Source of the DNA: an uncultured Gemmatimonadales bacterium
GTDB lineage: Bacteria; Gemmatimonadota; Gemmatimonadetes; Longimicrobiales; RSA9
Assembly: GCA_963798845.1 (NCBI GenBank)
Contig: CAWCUS010000006.1
Location: 800,001 to 864,000, forward strand
Direction of reading: 5' to 3'
DNA length: 64,000 nt
Shown here: one piece after another, positions 51,785 to 60,280 of the stretch
How positions within the stretch are numbered: position 1 is the first letter of the stretch
Layout of the letters: every line of letters begins with the position of its first letter
Notes under the pieces: model-generated
The model's database searches: none
Told to the model about the DNA's origin: nothing
Seen by the model: the letters and a program-made list of their open reading frames with translations, nothing else
Program-made: the position numbers and the translations under genes

Positions 51785-52482
51785 AGCGCGCACATCTCTC
51801 CCCCTGGACTCTGCTTCTGGGTCTGGCACTGGCTGTCCCGCAGGGCGTTTCGGCCGTTCCACTCTGGAGCAGCGGCAACATCTGCGCTGGCGCCTCGCTC
51901 ACGACGTGCGTGGGCTTCAGCGTCGAGGAGGTAAGCAGCGGGGTCTACTCGTTCTTGGCGACCTACGTGTCGTCGGCCGCGAGCGACCCCGGCGTGGTCA
52001 CGGCGGCCGGGCTCGTGTTCAACGGCCACGACAGCCCGTTCACGTTCACGCCTCTGTCGGACCTCGACGGCCCGAGCGGCTGGTATCTTTACCCGCCTTC
52101 GGTGGACGGCAACTGCAATGACCTCCACACCTCGGGCCCCTCGACCATCCTGGCGTCGGCCTGCACCAGTGGCGTGCAGAACGGGTTTGGCCCGACGGGC
52201 TACGTCGCGTTCCGGTTCGCGTACAGTGGTGGCAACACCAGCCTCGTGGACGCTCTGAGCGGCGAGGACCCGGCGATCGGCGCGCGCGTTCACATCCAGA
52301 GCTTCGGCAGCTGTTCGCTGAAGATGGGGACGGACGTCCTGCCGAGTGATGCGGATGTGGACGGTTGTGGCAACGGCAGCGAAGTCGTCCCGGAGCCCGC
52401 GACCCTGCTTCTCCTGGGCACCGGGCTGTTCGGGCTCGGTCTCGTCGGGTACCGTCGCCGTCGTTCCGGCGGAGAATCCTGA
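51781..52482 (+). CDS. PEP-CTERM protein 3 (six Cys)
   Basis: Signal peptide; VPEPATLLLLGTGLFGLGLVGYRRRR. Confidence 0.92.
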   Translation: MKRAHLSPWTLLLGLALAVPQGVSAVPLWSSGNICAGASLTTCVGFSVEEVSSGVYSFLATYVSSAASDPGVVTAAGLVFNGHDSPFTFTPLSDLDGPSGWYLYPPSVDGNCNDLHTSGPSTILASACTSGVQNGFGPTGYVAFRFAYSGGNTSLVDALSGEDPAIGARVHIQSFGSCSLKMGTDVLPSDADVDGCGNGSEVVPEPATLLLLGTGLFGLGLVGYRRRRSGGES

Positions 52483-52526
52483 CGCTGCGTTGAAGCAGCA
52501 GGAACGAACGCTCTTCCTCGGAGCAG

Positions 52527-52568
52527 AAGGGCGGCCGTGCCGATCCGGCGATCGGCACGGCCGCCCTT
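52527..52568. terminator. Probable bidirectional terminator between convergent genes
   Basis: Perfect 19-bp stem AAGGGCGGCCGTGCCGATC-CGGC-GATCGGCACGGCCGCCCTT. Confidence 0.7.
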
Positions 52569-52622
52569 GTCTGTCACGAACTGGCCGGGCATGCGCCGCC
52601 GGCATGGCAGGCGGAGCGGGTC

Positions 52623-53759
52623 TCAGGCCCGCGGCAGGGGCACGCTGAAGTAGAAGCGAGTGCCTTCGCCCGGCTGGCTGTCGACCTGGAGCTGCCCGCC
52701 CATGAGGTCGACCATCCGGCGGCAGATGGAGAGGCCGAGCCCGGATTCCGAGAAGTGGTAGCCGGTCGCGCTGCGGCTGCGGGTGAACATCTCGTTGAGG
52801 GAGATCAGCTGTTGCTCGCTGATCCCGGGTCCCGTATCGCGGACGGAGAACTCCACGCGTTCGCCGGGCAGCTCACCCACGACGATCTCGACGCGTCCGG
52901 TCTCGGTGAACTTGATGGCGTTCGACGTGAGATTGAGGAGGACGCGGGTGAGCGGTACGGGCTTGCCGATGCGCAGGTCCTGGCGCGGGGTGAAGAACGA
53001 GATCCCGAGCCGCTTCTGCTCGGCCATGGGTGCGACGATGTCGCGGACGCTTTCGACGAGCGTCTGAAGGGAGAAGGACTCCTCGGGCAGGCTTCGCCAG
53101 CCATCTTCTGCTCGACTGGTGGCCAGGTCCATGAGGTCGTTGGCTACACCCACCATGCTGAGCGCCGCGCTGTAGACGATTCCGAGCTGCTGGCGCTGCA
53201 GGTCGCTGATCTCGCCGCTCTGGCCCTTCCGCAGCGTCTCCGCCAGGAACATGATCGACGTGAGCGGTGAGCGGAGGTCGTGGGCGAACTCGACCACGAG
53301 ATCGAGAGCGTTGGCGCCGGTAAGGAGGAAGGCCAGGTTCTGTCGGTTGTCCGGATAGACGGCCGAGCGGAACGCGTCCAGCCGCCGCAGCACGTCGAGC
53401 ACCTGCTCCGGCTCGAGGCCGCGTGAATCCCTCAGCATGCTCTGAGAAAGGAGCTCCTGCATGCGCAGCGCGAGGCCGATCTCCCCGCCCGACTTTCCGG
53501 GCCGTTCGACCCGGGGCGCAGCCACGCCGAAGACGAACGAGAGCAGCTCCTCCATGTTGGCAGCGGCCTCATCTCCACCGAGGGCGTGCCGCCGCCACGC
53601 CTCCGGCTCGGAAAGGACGGCTTCCGCGGCAGCGCGCACGGCGCACACCACGGCGTCGGGCGGCGCTTCACGCGCGCTCGAAAAGAAAGTCCTGGTGCGC
53701 TCGGCGCCTCCTTTGTGCGCGCGCGGCTCAGCCATGGGAAGTCCGGTTCGATCCGTCAC
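52623..53759 (-). CDS. Cytoplasmic histidine kinase (HisKA + HATPase)
   Basis: FAHDLRSPL, NLTSNAIKFT, DTGPG, SGLGL; no TM; GTGA overlap with the upstream regulator. Confidence 0.9.
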   Translation of the reverse strand: MTDRTGLPMAEPRAHKGGAERTRTFFSSAREAPPDAVVCAVRAAAEAVLSEPEAWRRHALGGDEAAANMEELLSFVFGVAAPRVERPGKSGGEIGLALRMQELLSQSMLRDSRGLEPEQVLDVLRRLDAFRSAVYPDNRQNLAFLLTGANALDLVVEFAHDLRSPLTSIMFLAETLRKGQSGEISDLQRQQLGIVYSAALSMVGVANDLMDLATSRAEDGWRSLPEESFSLQTLVESVRDIVAPMAEQKRLGISFFTPRQDLRIGKPVPLTRVLLNLTSNAIKFTETGRVEIVVGELPGERVEFSVRDTGPGISEQQLISLNEMFTRSRSATGYHFSESGLGLSICRRMVDLMGGQLQVDSQPGEGTRFYFSVPLPRA

Positions 53760-55249
53760 TTCGACCTGAGAATGCTGTCCCGTTGAAGGTCGTGCTTGTC
53801 GATCAGCCGGTAAAGGGTGGTACGGTCCACGCCCGCCAGGCGCGCGGCCTTCGACATGTTCCCATCGGCGCGCGTAACGAGGGAGCTCAGGTACGACCGC
53901 TCGAACTCCGAAAGCAGCGCCTCCCTGGCTTCGTGATACGATCGGCCGTGGAGGCTCTCGAGGAGCGTCGCGAGCGAGTTGTCGGTCTCGAGCTCGAGCG
54001 CCGCTTCGTGCATGAACGGAATGGCCGAAGCCTCAATGGCCTCTCTCTCCTCCACCAGCACGACGCAGTGCTCGATGACGTTCTGCAGCTCCCGCACGTT
54101 GCCGGGCCACGGATAGTCGCGCAGCGCGCGAATCGCTCCCTCGGTGAAGTGGGGCGGCTCGGCCTCCGGGTGGTCCCGGGTCCAGTATTGCAGGAGGAAA
54201 TGCGTGGCCAGCTCCGCGATGTCGTCGGTGCGCTCCCGCAGCGGCGGCACGTGGATGGGCACGACGCGGAGCCGGTAGTAGAGGTCGGAGCGGAGCTCGC
54301 CGTCCCGGACCGCCTGCTTCGGATCCCGGTTCGTGGCCGCGATGATCCGCACGTCCACGTGGGCGTCCGGGGTGGTGCTCCCCACGCGCCGCACGACCCC
54401 GTCCTGGATCACGCGGAGCAGCTTCGCCTGGATCGCGACCGACATCTCGGTCAGCTCGTCCAGGAAGAGCGTCCCGCCGTCGGCGATCTCGAAGAGTCCT
54501 TCCTTTTCCCGCACCGCTCCCGTGAAGGCTCCCTTCACGTGCCCGAACATCTCCGACTCCAGAAGGGGCTCCGGAAGCGCAGCACAGTTCACGGCCACGA
54601 GCGGCTTGGACGCCCTGCGGCTCCGGTGGTGGATGAAGTTGGCGATCAGCTCCTTGCCGCTGCCACTCTCTCCCGTGATGAAGACCGACGCGTTGCTCCG
54701 GGCCACCTTGCGGGCGAGATCGAGGACCGCCCGGATCGCCGCGGACGACCCGATCACGTCGTCGCCGTCATCACCATCGGCCGCCCGGCCATCATCCCGC
54801 ACCTGCGCCTGCTGCTCCATGCGCTGAGCGCGCACCGCGTGCGCCGCCCGGCCGATCAGGACCTCCACGTGCGAGGCCGAAAACGGCTTCGGCAGGTAGT
54901 CCCAGGCACCCGCACCCAGGACCTCGAGATTGGATTCCACGCTCGGGTTCCCGGTCATCATGATGACGACGGTGCCCGGCCGGTGCTCGACCGCCGCCCG
55001 CAGCAGATCGATTCCCGGCACCCCGGTCATGTACAGGTCGAGCAGCATGATGTCGAAGTCGCGCCTGCGGATGGTGTCGAGGGCGTTGTCGCCGCGGGCT
55101 TCCGCGGAAACGTTGTAGCCCTGCATTCGAAGCACGTTCACACAGGTGTCGCGCAACGTCGCCTCGTCGTCCACGACCAGGATCCGGATCGAGTCTCGGT
55201 CCTCGTGCGTGAGCGGCGAGAAGCTCGGAGCTGCGGCAGGTGTCGACAT
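53756..55249 (-). CDS. Sigma-54-dependent response regulator (NtrC/PrsR-like bEBP)
   Basis: REC; GESGSGKE; GAFTGA; LFLDE; WPGNVREL; Fis-type HTH NMSKAARLAGVDRTTLYR. Confidence 0.95.
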   Translation of the reverse strand: MSTPAAAPSFSPLTHEDRDSIRILVVDDEATLRDTCVNVLRMQGYNVSAEARGDNALDTIRRRDFDIMLLDLYMTGVPGIDLLRAAVEHRPGTVVIMMTGNPSVESNLEVLGAGAWDYLPKPFSASHVEVLIGRAAHAVRAQRMEQQAQVRDDGRAADGDDGDDVIGSSAAIRAVLDLARKVARSNASVFITGESGSGKELIANFIHHRSRRASKPLVAVNCAALPEPLLESEMFGHVKGAFTGAVREKEGLFEIADGGTLFLDELTEMSVAIQAKLLRVIQDGVVRRVGSTTPDAHVDVRIIAATNRDPKQAVRDGELRSDLYYRLRVVPIHVPPLRERTDDIAELATHFLLQYWTRDHPEAEPPHFTEGAIRALRDYPWPGNVRELQNVIEHCVVLVEEREAIEASAIPFMHEAALELETDNSLATLLESLHGRSYHEAREALLSEFERSYLSSLVTRADGNMSKAARLAGVDRTTLYRLIDKHDLQRDSILRSK

Positions 55250-55462
55250 ATGACCGGGTTGAAGGACGTGGGCGCCTGCGGCAAGGGCCGCTCTACACGG
55301 CGCCACGGGGGGCGGCGACAGGAGCCGCTCCCGCCGCCGGAAGGCGATTCAGAGATACAATAAACGCCCGTAAAGGTCAACCGGAACGACGTAGGCGCGC
55401 ACGAAGATAGGGACCCTCGCGTGGGCAAGGGCTACGGGTGGAAGGCCCGTGGGAGGGCCTGC

Positions 55463-56320
55463 TCAGTTCAGCCGCGCCCCGGAATCGGAGCTCAGCACCT
55501 CGGCGGCCCGGCGAACGAACATGTCGGCGTCGAGGCTCGCCCGGTCGAAGTCGGAGAGGGCGAAGACGCCCGCTCGCGGGTGCCCGCGGAAGGCGCTCGC
55601 CGGCGAGTCCGCGGAGCGCCGCAGCCGCTCTGCGACCACCCGCGCGCCCTGCTCCGGAGTATCGGGGGCGAGGATGGCAAACTGGCGCGGTCCGATCTGC
55701 CCCAGGATGTCCGATCGCCGGGTCGAGCTGCGCAGCGCCCGGCCGATCTCACCCAGCAGCGCCCGGTTCTCCGGCGTATCGTCGGCCTCGCCGGTTTCGA
55801 GCACGATACACGCGATGGGCCGTCCGTACCGTGCCGCCGCGGCCGCCAGCTCCTGGGCACGCTGCAGCACTCCGACGCGGGTGTACAGCCCGGTATCGGG
55901 ATCCACCATGGTGGCGTCGTGAAACCGGTCGGATTCCAGCTTGGCCCGGACGTAGCGGTCGAGGCGGAGGACCAGCTCTTCGGCATCGACCGGAAGGGCG
56001 ATGAGATCCCACGCGCCCGCCCGCAGCACCTCCATCCGCTGCTCGTACCTCACCGGTCCCGAGCTCATGACAATGAACGCAGCAGCGGGCGAAACCGCCT
56101 CCGAGGCCGTCAGCGCGCGGCAGAGCTCGGCCCCCGTCATGTCGGGCAGGTTCTGCTCGATGAACACCGCGTCAGCTCCGGACGCCGCGGCACGCTCCAG
56201 CGCCTGCGCACCTGTGTACGCCCTGAGCACCGCGTATCCCCGGTGACCCAGCACTGTGTCCAGCGAGCGTGATGCCCACTCGTGCTCGCTGACGATGAGT
56301 ACGATAGGTGCTCTGGCCAA
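55463..56320 (-). CDS. Atypical receiver + degenerate GGDEF protein
   Basis: REC-like with VFIEQNLPDM (Glu at the phospho-Asp position); DPDTGLYT, RRSD, GPRQF in place of GGDEF. Confidence 0.8.
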   Translation of the reverse strand: MARAPIVLIVSEHEWASRSLDTVLGHRGYAVLRAYTGAQALERAAASGADAVFIEQNLPDMTGAELCRALTASEAVSPAAAFIVMSSGPVRYEQRMEVLRAGAWDLIALPVDAEELVLRLDRYVRAKLESDRFHDATMVDPDTGLYTRVGVLQRAQELAAAAARYGRPIACIVLETGEADDTPENRALLGEIGRALRSSTRRSDILGQIGPRQFAILAPDTPEQGARVVAERLRRSADSPASAFRGHPRAGVFALSDFDRASLDADMFVRRAAEVLSSDSGARLN

Positions 56321-56488
56321 AAGCGTTTCCCGGACGCTTCGCCCGACTGCGATCTCAGCAGGCGCGGTTTCTCATTGGAGCTGAATGCGTCGTATCCAGC
56401 ACGTTCTGTGCTATCAGCGCGCGACCGCGCAAACCACTGTCCTGAATATGTCCGGCTATGGTGGGCTGACGGCGTTGTCCCGGTCAAG

Positions 56489-56528
56489 TATCGCGGGCGC
56501 GCCGCAATAGTGTTGCAATTACACCACA
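56489..56528. promoter_or_regulatory. Enhancer-like boxes upstream of the REC-GGDEF / bEBP / kinase genes
   Basis: TGTTG-N8-CCACA 56511-56528 and weaker TATCG-N8-CCGCA 56489-56506; imperfect -24/-12 TAGCACAGAACGTGCT on minus at 56398-56413. Confidence 0.5.
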
Positions 56529-56581
56529 TCCGGTTTGTGCTTACAGTGGGCCAAACCCGAAGGCTGGCATACCTCGAACGG

Positions 56582-57403
56582 TCACTCCAATCCGCGGGCC
56601 GCTCGATCGAGCAGCTCGGCCCCGGTGGCCACTTCGTCGGCCCCTGCCACGGCGGCGCTGATCGTGGCGGCGGCCCCCCAGTCCTGAATGCGACGCTGGA
56701 GGTCCACGCGGATCCGTCTCAGCGAGGCCATGGCGGCTTCGCGGTCGGTGTCCGGGAGGAGTATGAAGAGGGGGCCGCGCTCGAAGACGCCGATCACGTC
56801 GGAGCCGCGGAGCAGCGGCTTCACGACATCGGCGAGGCGCTCGAGCAGGGGGGCGGGATCACCGATGGAGCGGTCCTGGCGCTCGAGGGAGAGAGTGATG
56901 CAGTGCAGGGGCCGACCGTATCGGCGGGCGAGTGCGTAGGTCTCTTCGGCGACGCGGGTGAGGCCTGCGCGCGAATGGCGGACGGCGGGCGGATCGGAGC
57001 CGGGGAGGTGCGCCTCCCGGCTGCGGAGCATGTTGCGGAGGCGGAGCACGAGGGCGGGACCATCGCCAGGGAGCTCGACGACATCCCAGGCGCCGGCGTG
57101 GAGCCAGGCGCCGTAGCGGTCCGGTGCCGGGCGTGCCCGTGCGGCGATGAAGATGGGGGTGGTGCCTGCCAGCTGGCCGTCGGCGAGCGCTCGCTGGAGC
57201 GAGGCCGGGTCCGACCCGTCGTCCAGAACGACTGCATCGGCTGAAGCGGCCGCGCGCCAGACGTCGGGGTCGTCGGGGCGACGTCGATCGACGCACAGCC
57301 GTGCCTCCGCCATCAGGCGTTCCACGGCGAGGGCGGCCGCGTCCGGCTCGAGCACGGCCAGCACGGTGAGGAGCGCAGCATCCGTGGTGGCATGATCCAT
57401 CAT
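56582..57403 (-). CDS. Second degenerate receiver/GGDEF-like protein
   Basis: Shares AGAWD...LP.D...LVLRL and ARRYGRP..CI with 55463-56320; LRGSDVIG, ILLPDT. Confidence 0.7.
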   Translation of the reverse strand: MMDHATTDAALLTVLAVLEPDAAALAVERLMAEARLCVDRRRPDDPDVWRAAASADAVVLDDGSDPASLQRALADGQLAGTTPIFIAARARPAPDRYGAWLHAGAWDVVELPGDGPALVLRLRNMLRSREAHLPGSDPPAVRHSRAGLTRVAEETYALARRYGRPLHCITLSLERQDRSIGDPAPLLERLADVVKPLLRGSDVIGVFERGPLFILLPDTDREAAMASLRRIRVDLQRRIQDWGAAATISAAVAGADEVATGAELLDRAARGLE

Positions 57404-57468
57404 GGAAGAATGATGATGTCCCGCGCGCAATTGCGCGAGGGTCGGGAGCGGCCACACCTTTCCCCATC

Positions 57469-58638
57469 ATGCTGCCCCCCGTCCATACACCGGTTCCCGC
57501 GCGCGCCCTGACCCGGGCCGCCGCCGCCGTGGTCGCGCGGCGCGACCCCCGGAACGCGCTGATCGCGCTGTTGAAGGAGCGCTACGCAGCGGATGCCGTG
57601 GTCCTGACCGCTTCGGGGACGCACGCGCTGCAGCTCGCGATCGGGATCGCGGTACGCGCGAGCGGCCGGGACGCCGTGGCGCTCCCGGCGTACAGCTGCT
57701 ACGACGTGGCCACGGCGGGCGCGGGTGCTGCGGCGCGACTGGAGTTCTACGACATCGAGGCGGACACGCTGGCCCCGGATCGACCATCGCTGCGGTCCGC
57801 AATCGAGCGCGGGGTGGCGGCGGTGGTGGTGGTTCATCCGTTCGGATTGCCCATGGACCTGGGTTGGCTTCAGCGGGAGCTCGAAGGGACCGGGGTGCGG
57901 GTGATCGAGGACGCGGCGCAGGCGCACGGTGGTTCCCAGGAGGGGCGTGTGCTCGGGTCCCTCGCGCCGGCGAGCGTGCTCAGCTTCGGTCGGGGCAAGG
58001 GGTGGACGGGGGGAAGCGGCGGAGCACTCCTGCTCCGTGGCGGAGAAGCGCGCGCCGTGGCGGCGGACCTCACCCTTGCCGGTCCTCCGGGTGGAGCCCC
58101 ACTCCTGGTGAAGCTCGCGGCGCAGAGCGCGCTGGGTCGGCCTGCGCTCTACGGGGTTCCGGCCGCACTACCCTGGCTGGGCCTGGGGGAGACGCACTAC
58201 GCCGCGCCGACCCGGCCCCGCGCCATGGCGCCGGCCGCGGCGGCCGCCGTGCTGGCGTCTGATCGAGCCTCGCTCCGGGCAGCGGCGGTCCGCCGGGATG
58301 TTGCCGTGATGCTGCGCGCCCGGCTCGGCACCGTCGAGGGGGTGTGGCTGCCCCCCGCTCCGGGGCCGCGAGGTGTCGCGGGCTACCTGCGGCTGCCGGT
58401 GCGTCGTCCGGGGGAGCGTGCGGAGGTCGCAGTGCAACGCCTGCGGCGTCTCGGCGTGCTGCCGAGCTATCCGGTGCCCCTTTCGCTGCTGCCGCAGGTC
58501 CAGGATCGGGTCGGCACGCACGCGCCGGCTCCGGGGGCCGAGACACTTGCGAGGGAGCTGTTTACCGCACCCGTGCACGGGTGGGTCGACACGAGGACGA
58601 TCGATAGGATCGCCGCGATGCTCGCCGGCCGGGCGTGA
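57469..58638 (+). CDS. DegT/DnrJ/EryC1/StrS PLP-dependent sugar aminotransferase
   Basis: SGTHAL, VHPFG, IEDAAQAHG, SFGRGK (PLP Lys), GG. Confidence 0.85.
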   Translation: MLPPVHTPVPARALTRAAAAVVARRDPRNALIALLKERYAADAVVLTASGTHALQLAIGIAVRASGRDAVALPAYSCYDVATAGAGAAARLEFYDIEADTLAPDRPSLRSAIERGVAAVVVVHPFGLPMDLGWLQRELEGTGVRVIEDAAQAHGGSQEGRVLGSLAPASVLSFGRGKGWTGGSGGALLLRGGEARAVAADLTLAGPPGGAPLLVKLAAQSALGRPALYGVPAALPWLGLGETHYAAPTRPRAMAPAAAAAVLASDRASLRAAAVRRDVAVMLRARLGTVEGVWLPPAPGPRGVAGYLRLPVRRPGERAEVAVQRLRRLGVLPSYPVPLSLLPQVQDRVGTHAPAPGAETLARELFTAPVHGWVDTRTIDRIAAMLAGRA

Positions 58639-58687
58639 GAGGGGAGGTGTCTCACGTCCGGCCGGGGAGGAGCCGGGTGGCCGATTT

Positions 58688-60280
58688 CTAGTGGACCGTG
58701 ACGTCGGCCGTGCCGCGGGGCTTCAGGATCCACGTACCCGCGGGCAGGGCGGCGGGCACGAGCAGGCCGGTCACGGAGATGGTGGTCTTGATGATGACCG
58801 GCTGACCGTTCCCGCTTGCCGGCCAGCTCAGGTAGAAGGGCACGTCCCGGTCCAGAACGACGTTCAGAGGCCCCGATCCATCGTTGACCGTGAACACCTG
58901 GTCCATGTCAGCGGTGCGGGACGTGTCCTGGATCACCGCTCCCGCGACGCGGATCAGATCGGCGTCGAGCGTCCCCGCCTTGGCCGACGAGGCAGCGCCC
59001 GTGGTCAGCACCTGACTGGGCTGTGCGGGCTGCAGGCCCGCGCGCAGCAGGTTCGGGTACACGTCCCTCAGGACGGGCTGTCCGTACGCCACGTCGATTG
59101 TCCCCAGGAGTCCGACACTGTCACCGGTGGCGATCGGAGTCGCGGGCACCTTGAAGGCGCGTATGGCACCCGTGGCGTCCCGGATGTGGAGTGTCGAGTC
59201 GGCGAACGTGTTCCACGTGTTCAGTGCCACGCCCTTGACCTGGAGCCGCGTCCCCGGCGGCCGAGCCCTCGCCGCATTCACCGTCAGCAGCGGATAGGAC
59301 AGTGGCCCAACGACGACATCACTCGCGGAGCGCGGCTTGACCACCCAGGCGCCGGACCCCTGAGGAACGAGGATGCCGGTGATCTTCAGGATCGACCCGA
59401 GAATGCCGGAAGGGAAGAAGAGCCCGAAGTTGATGTGGCGGTCGAGCAGGACGCGCGCCTGGCCGCTGCCATCCTCCACGACGAACGTGATGTTGCCGAA
59501 GCTGTCGAGGATCGTGTCGCGCACGACGGCACTGTCAATGTGCACGAGATCCGCATCCAGGGTTCCGGCCTTTGCCACAGCCGCCTCGGCGGCCGTCACC
59601 GGAACCGGCTCCGGCGAGCGCACGCTGGGGCGCAGGATGACCGTTTGTACCTCCGTGAGCACCGGCTGCCCGGCGTCGGTGCCGACACGTCCGAGCAGAC
59701 GGATGCTGTCTCCGATGGCGACGCCTGCGGGCGGGACACGGACGGCGCGGATGGCCCCGGTGTTGTCCCGCAGATGTATGGTCGAGTCGGCGAACGTGCT
59801 CCAGCCGTTCAGGGCGATCCCTTCCACGAACACACGGGTCTCCGCCGGCTGCCGCCGGACCGAGTCGATGGGCAGGCTGGGGTAGGTGAAGCCGACGAGG
59901 AACCCGGTCGTGTCTCCGGCCGCGATCGTGACATTCGCCGAGTCGATGCGCAGCAGGCGGAGACTGTCCGGGATGGCGGAGTCGGTGACGCGGGCCAGGT
60001 AATCGCCCACGGGGACGGCATCGAAGACCACCTCGCCACCCGTGCCTGAGGAGCGCGTGAGCTGGAGGTTCCCGCCATGCCGCTGGGCCAGCTCGACCTC
60101 GACGTTCGACACCGGCAGGTCGGGCCCGTCCAGCTGACCATTGCCGTTCCGGTCCAGCCAGACCACTCCGAGCGCGGTCCCCTCCGCATCGATGCCCGGG
60201 ATCGACGACGGCGTCTGGTCGCACGCGACCAGGAGCGCGGAGGAAGCGAGTGCAAGCAGGAGCAGCAGGGTCGTTCTCAT
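58688..60280 (-). CDS. Lipoprotein with SdrD-B/Cna-like domain and duplicated OB-fold-like region
   Basis: Lipobox LVAC; GVVWLDRNGNG; two 196-aa repeats starting at 59884 and 59296; TGATG coupling to the TBDR. Confidence 0.8.
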   Translation of the reverse strand: MRTTLLLLLALASSALLVACDQTPSSIPGIDAEGTALGVVWLDRNGNGQLDGPDLPVSNVEVELAQRHGGNLQLTRSSGTGGEVVFDAVPVGDYLARVTDSAIPDSLRLLRIDSANVTIAAGDTTGFLVGFTYPSLPIDSVRRQPAETRVFVEGIALNGWSTFADSTIHLRDNTGAIRAVRVPPAGVAIGDSIRLLGRVGTDAGQPVLTEVQTVILRPSVRSPEPVPVTAAEAAVAKAGTLDADLVHIDSAVVRDTILDSFGNITFVVEDGSGQARVLLDRHINFGLFFPSGILGSILKITGILVPQGSGAWVVKPRSASDVVVGPLSYPLLTVNAARARPPGTRLQVKGVALNTWNTFADSTLHIRDATGAIRAFKVPATPIATGDSVGLLGTIDVAYGQPVLRDVYPNLLRAGLQPAQPSQVLTTGAASSAKAGTLDADLIRVAGAVIQDTSRTADMDQVFTVNDGSGPLNVVLDRDVPFYLSWPASGNGQPVIIKTTISVTGLLVPAALPAGTWILKPRGTADVTVH

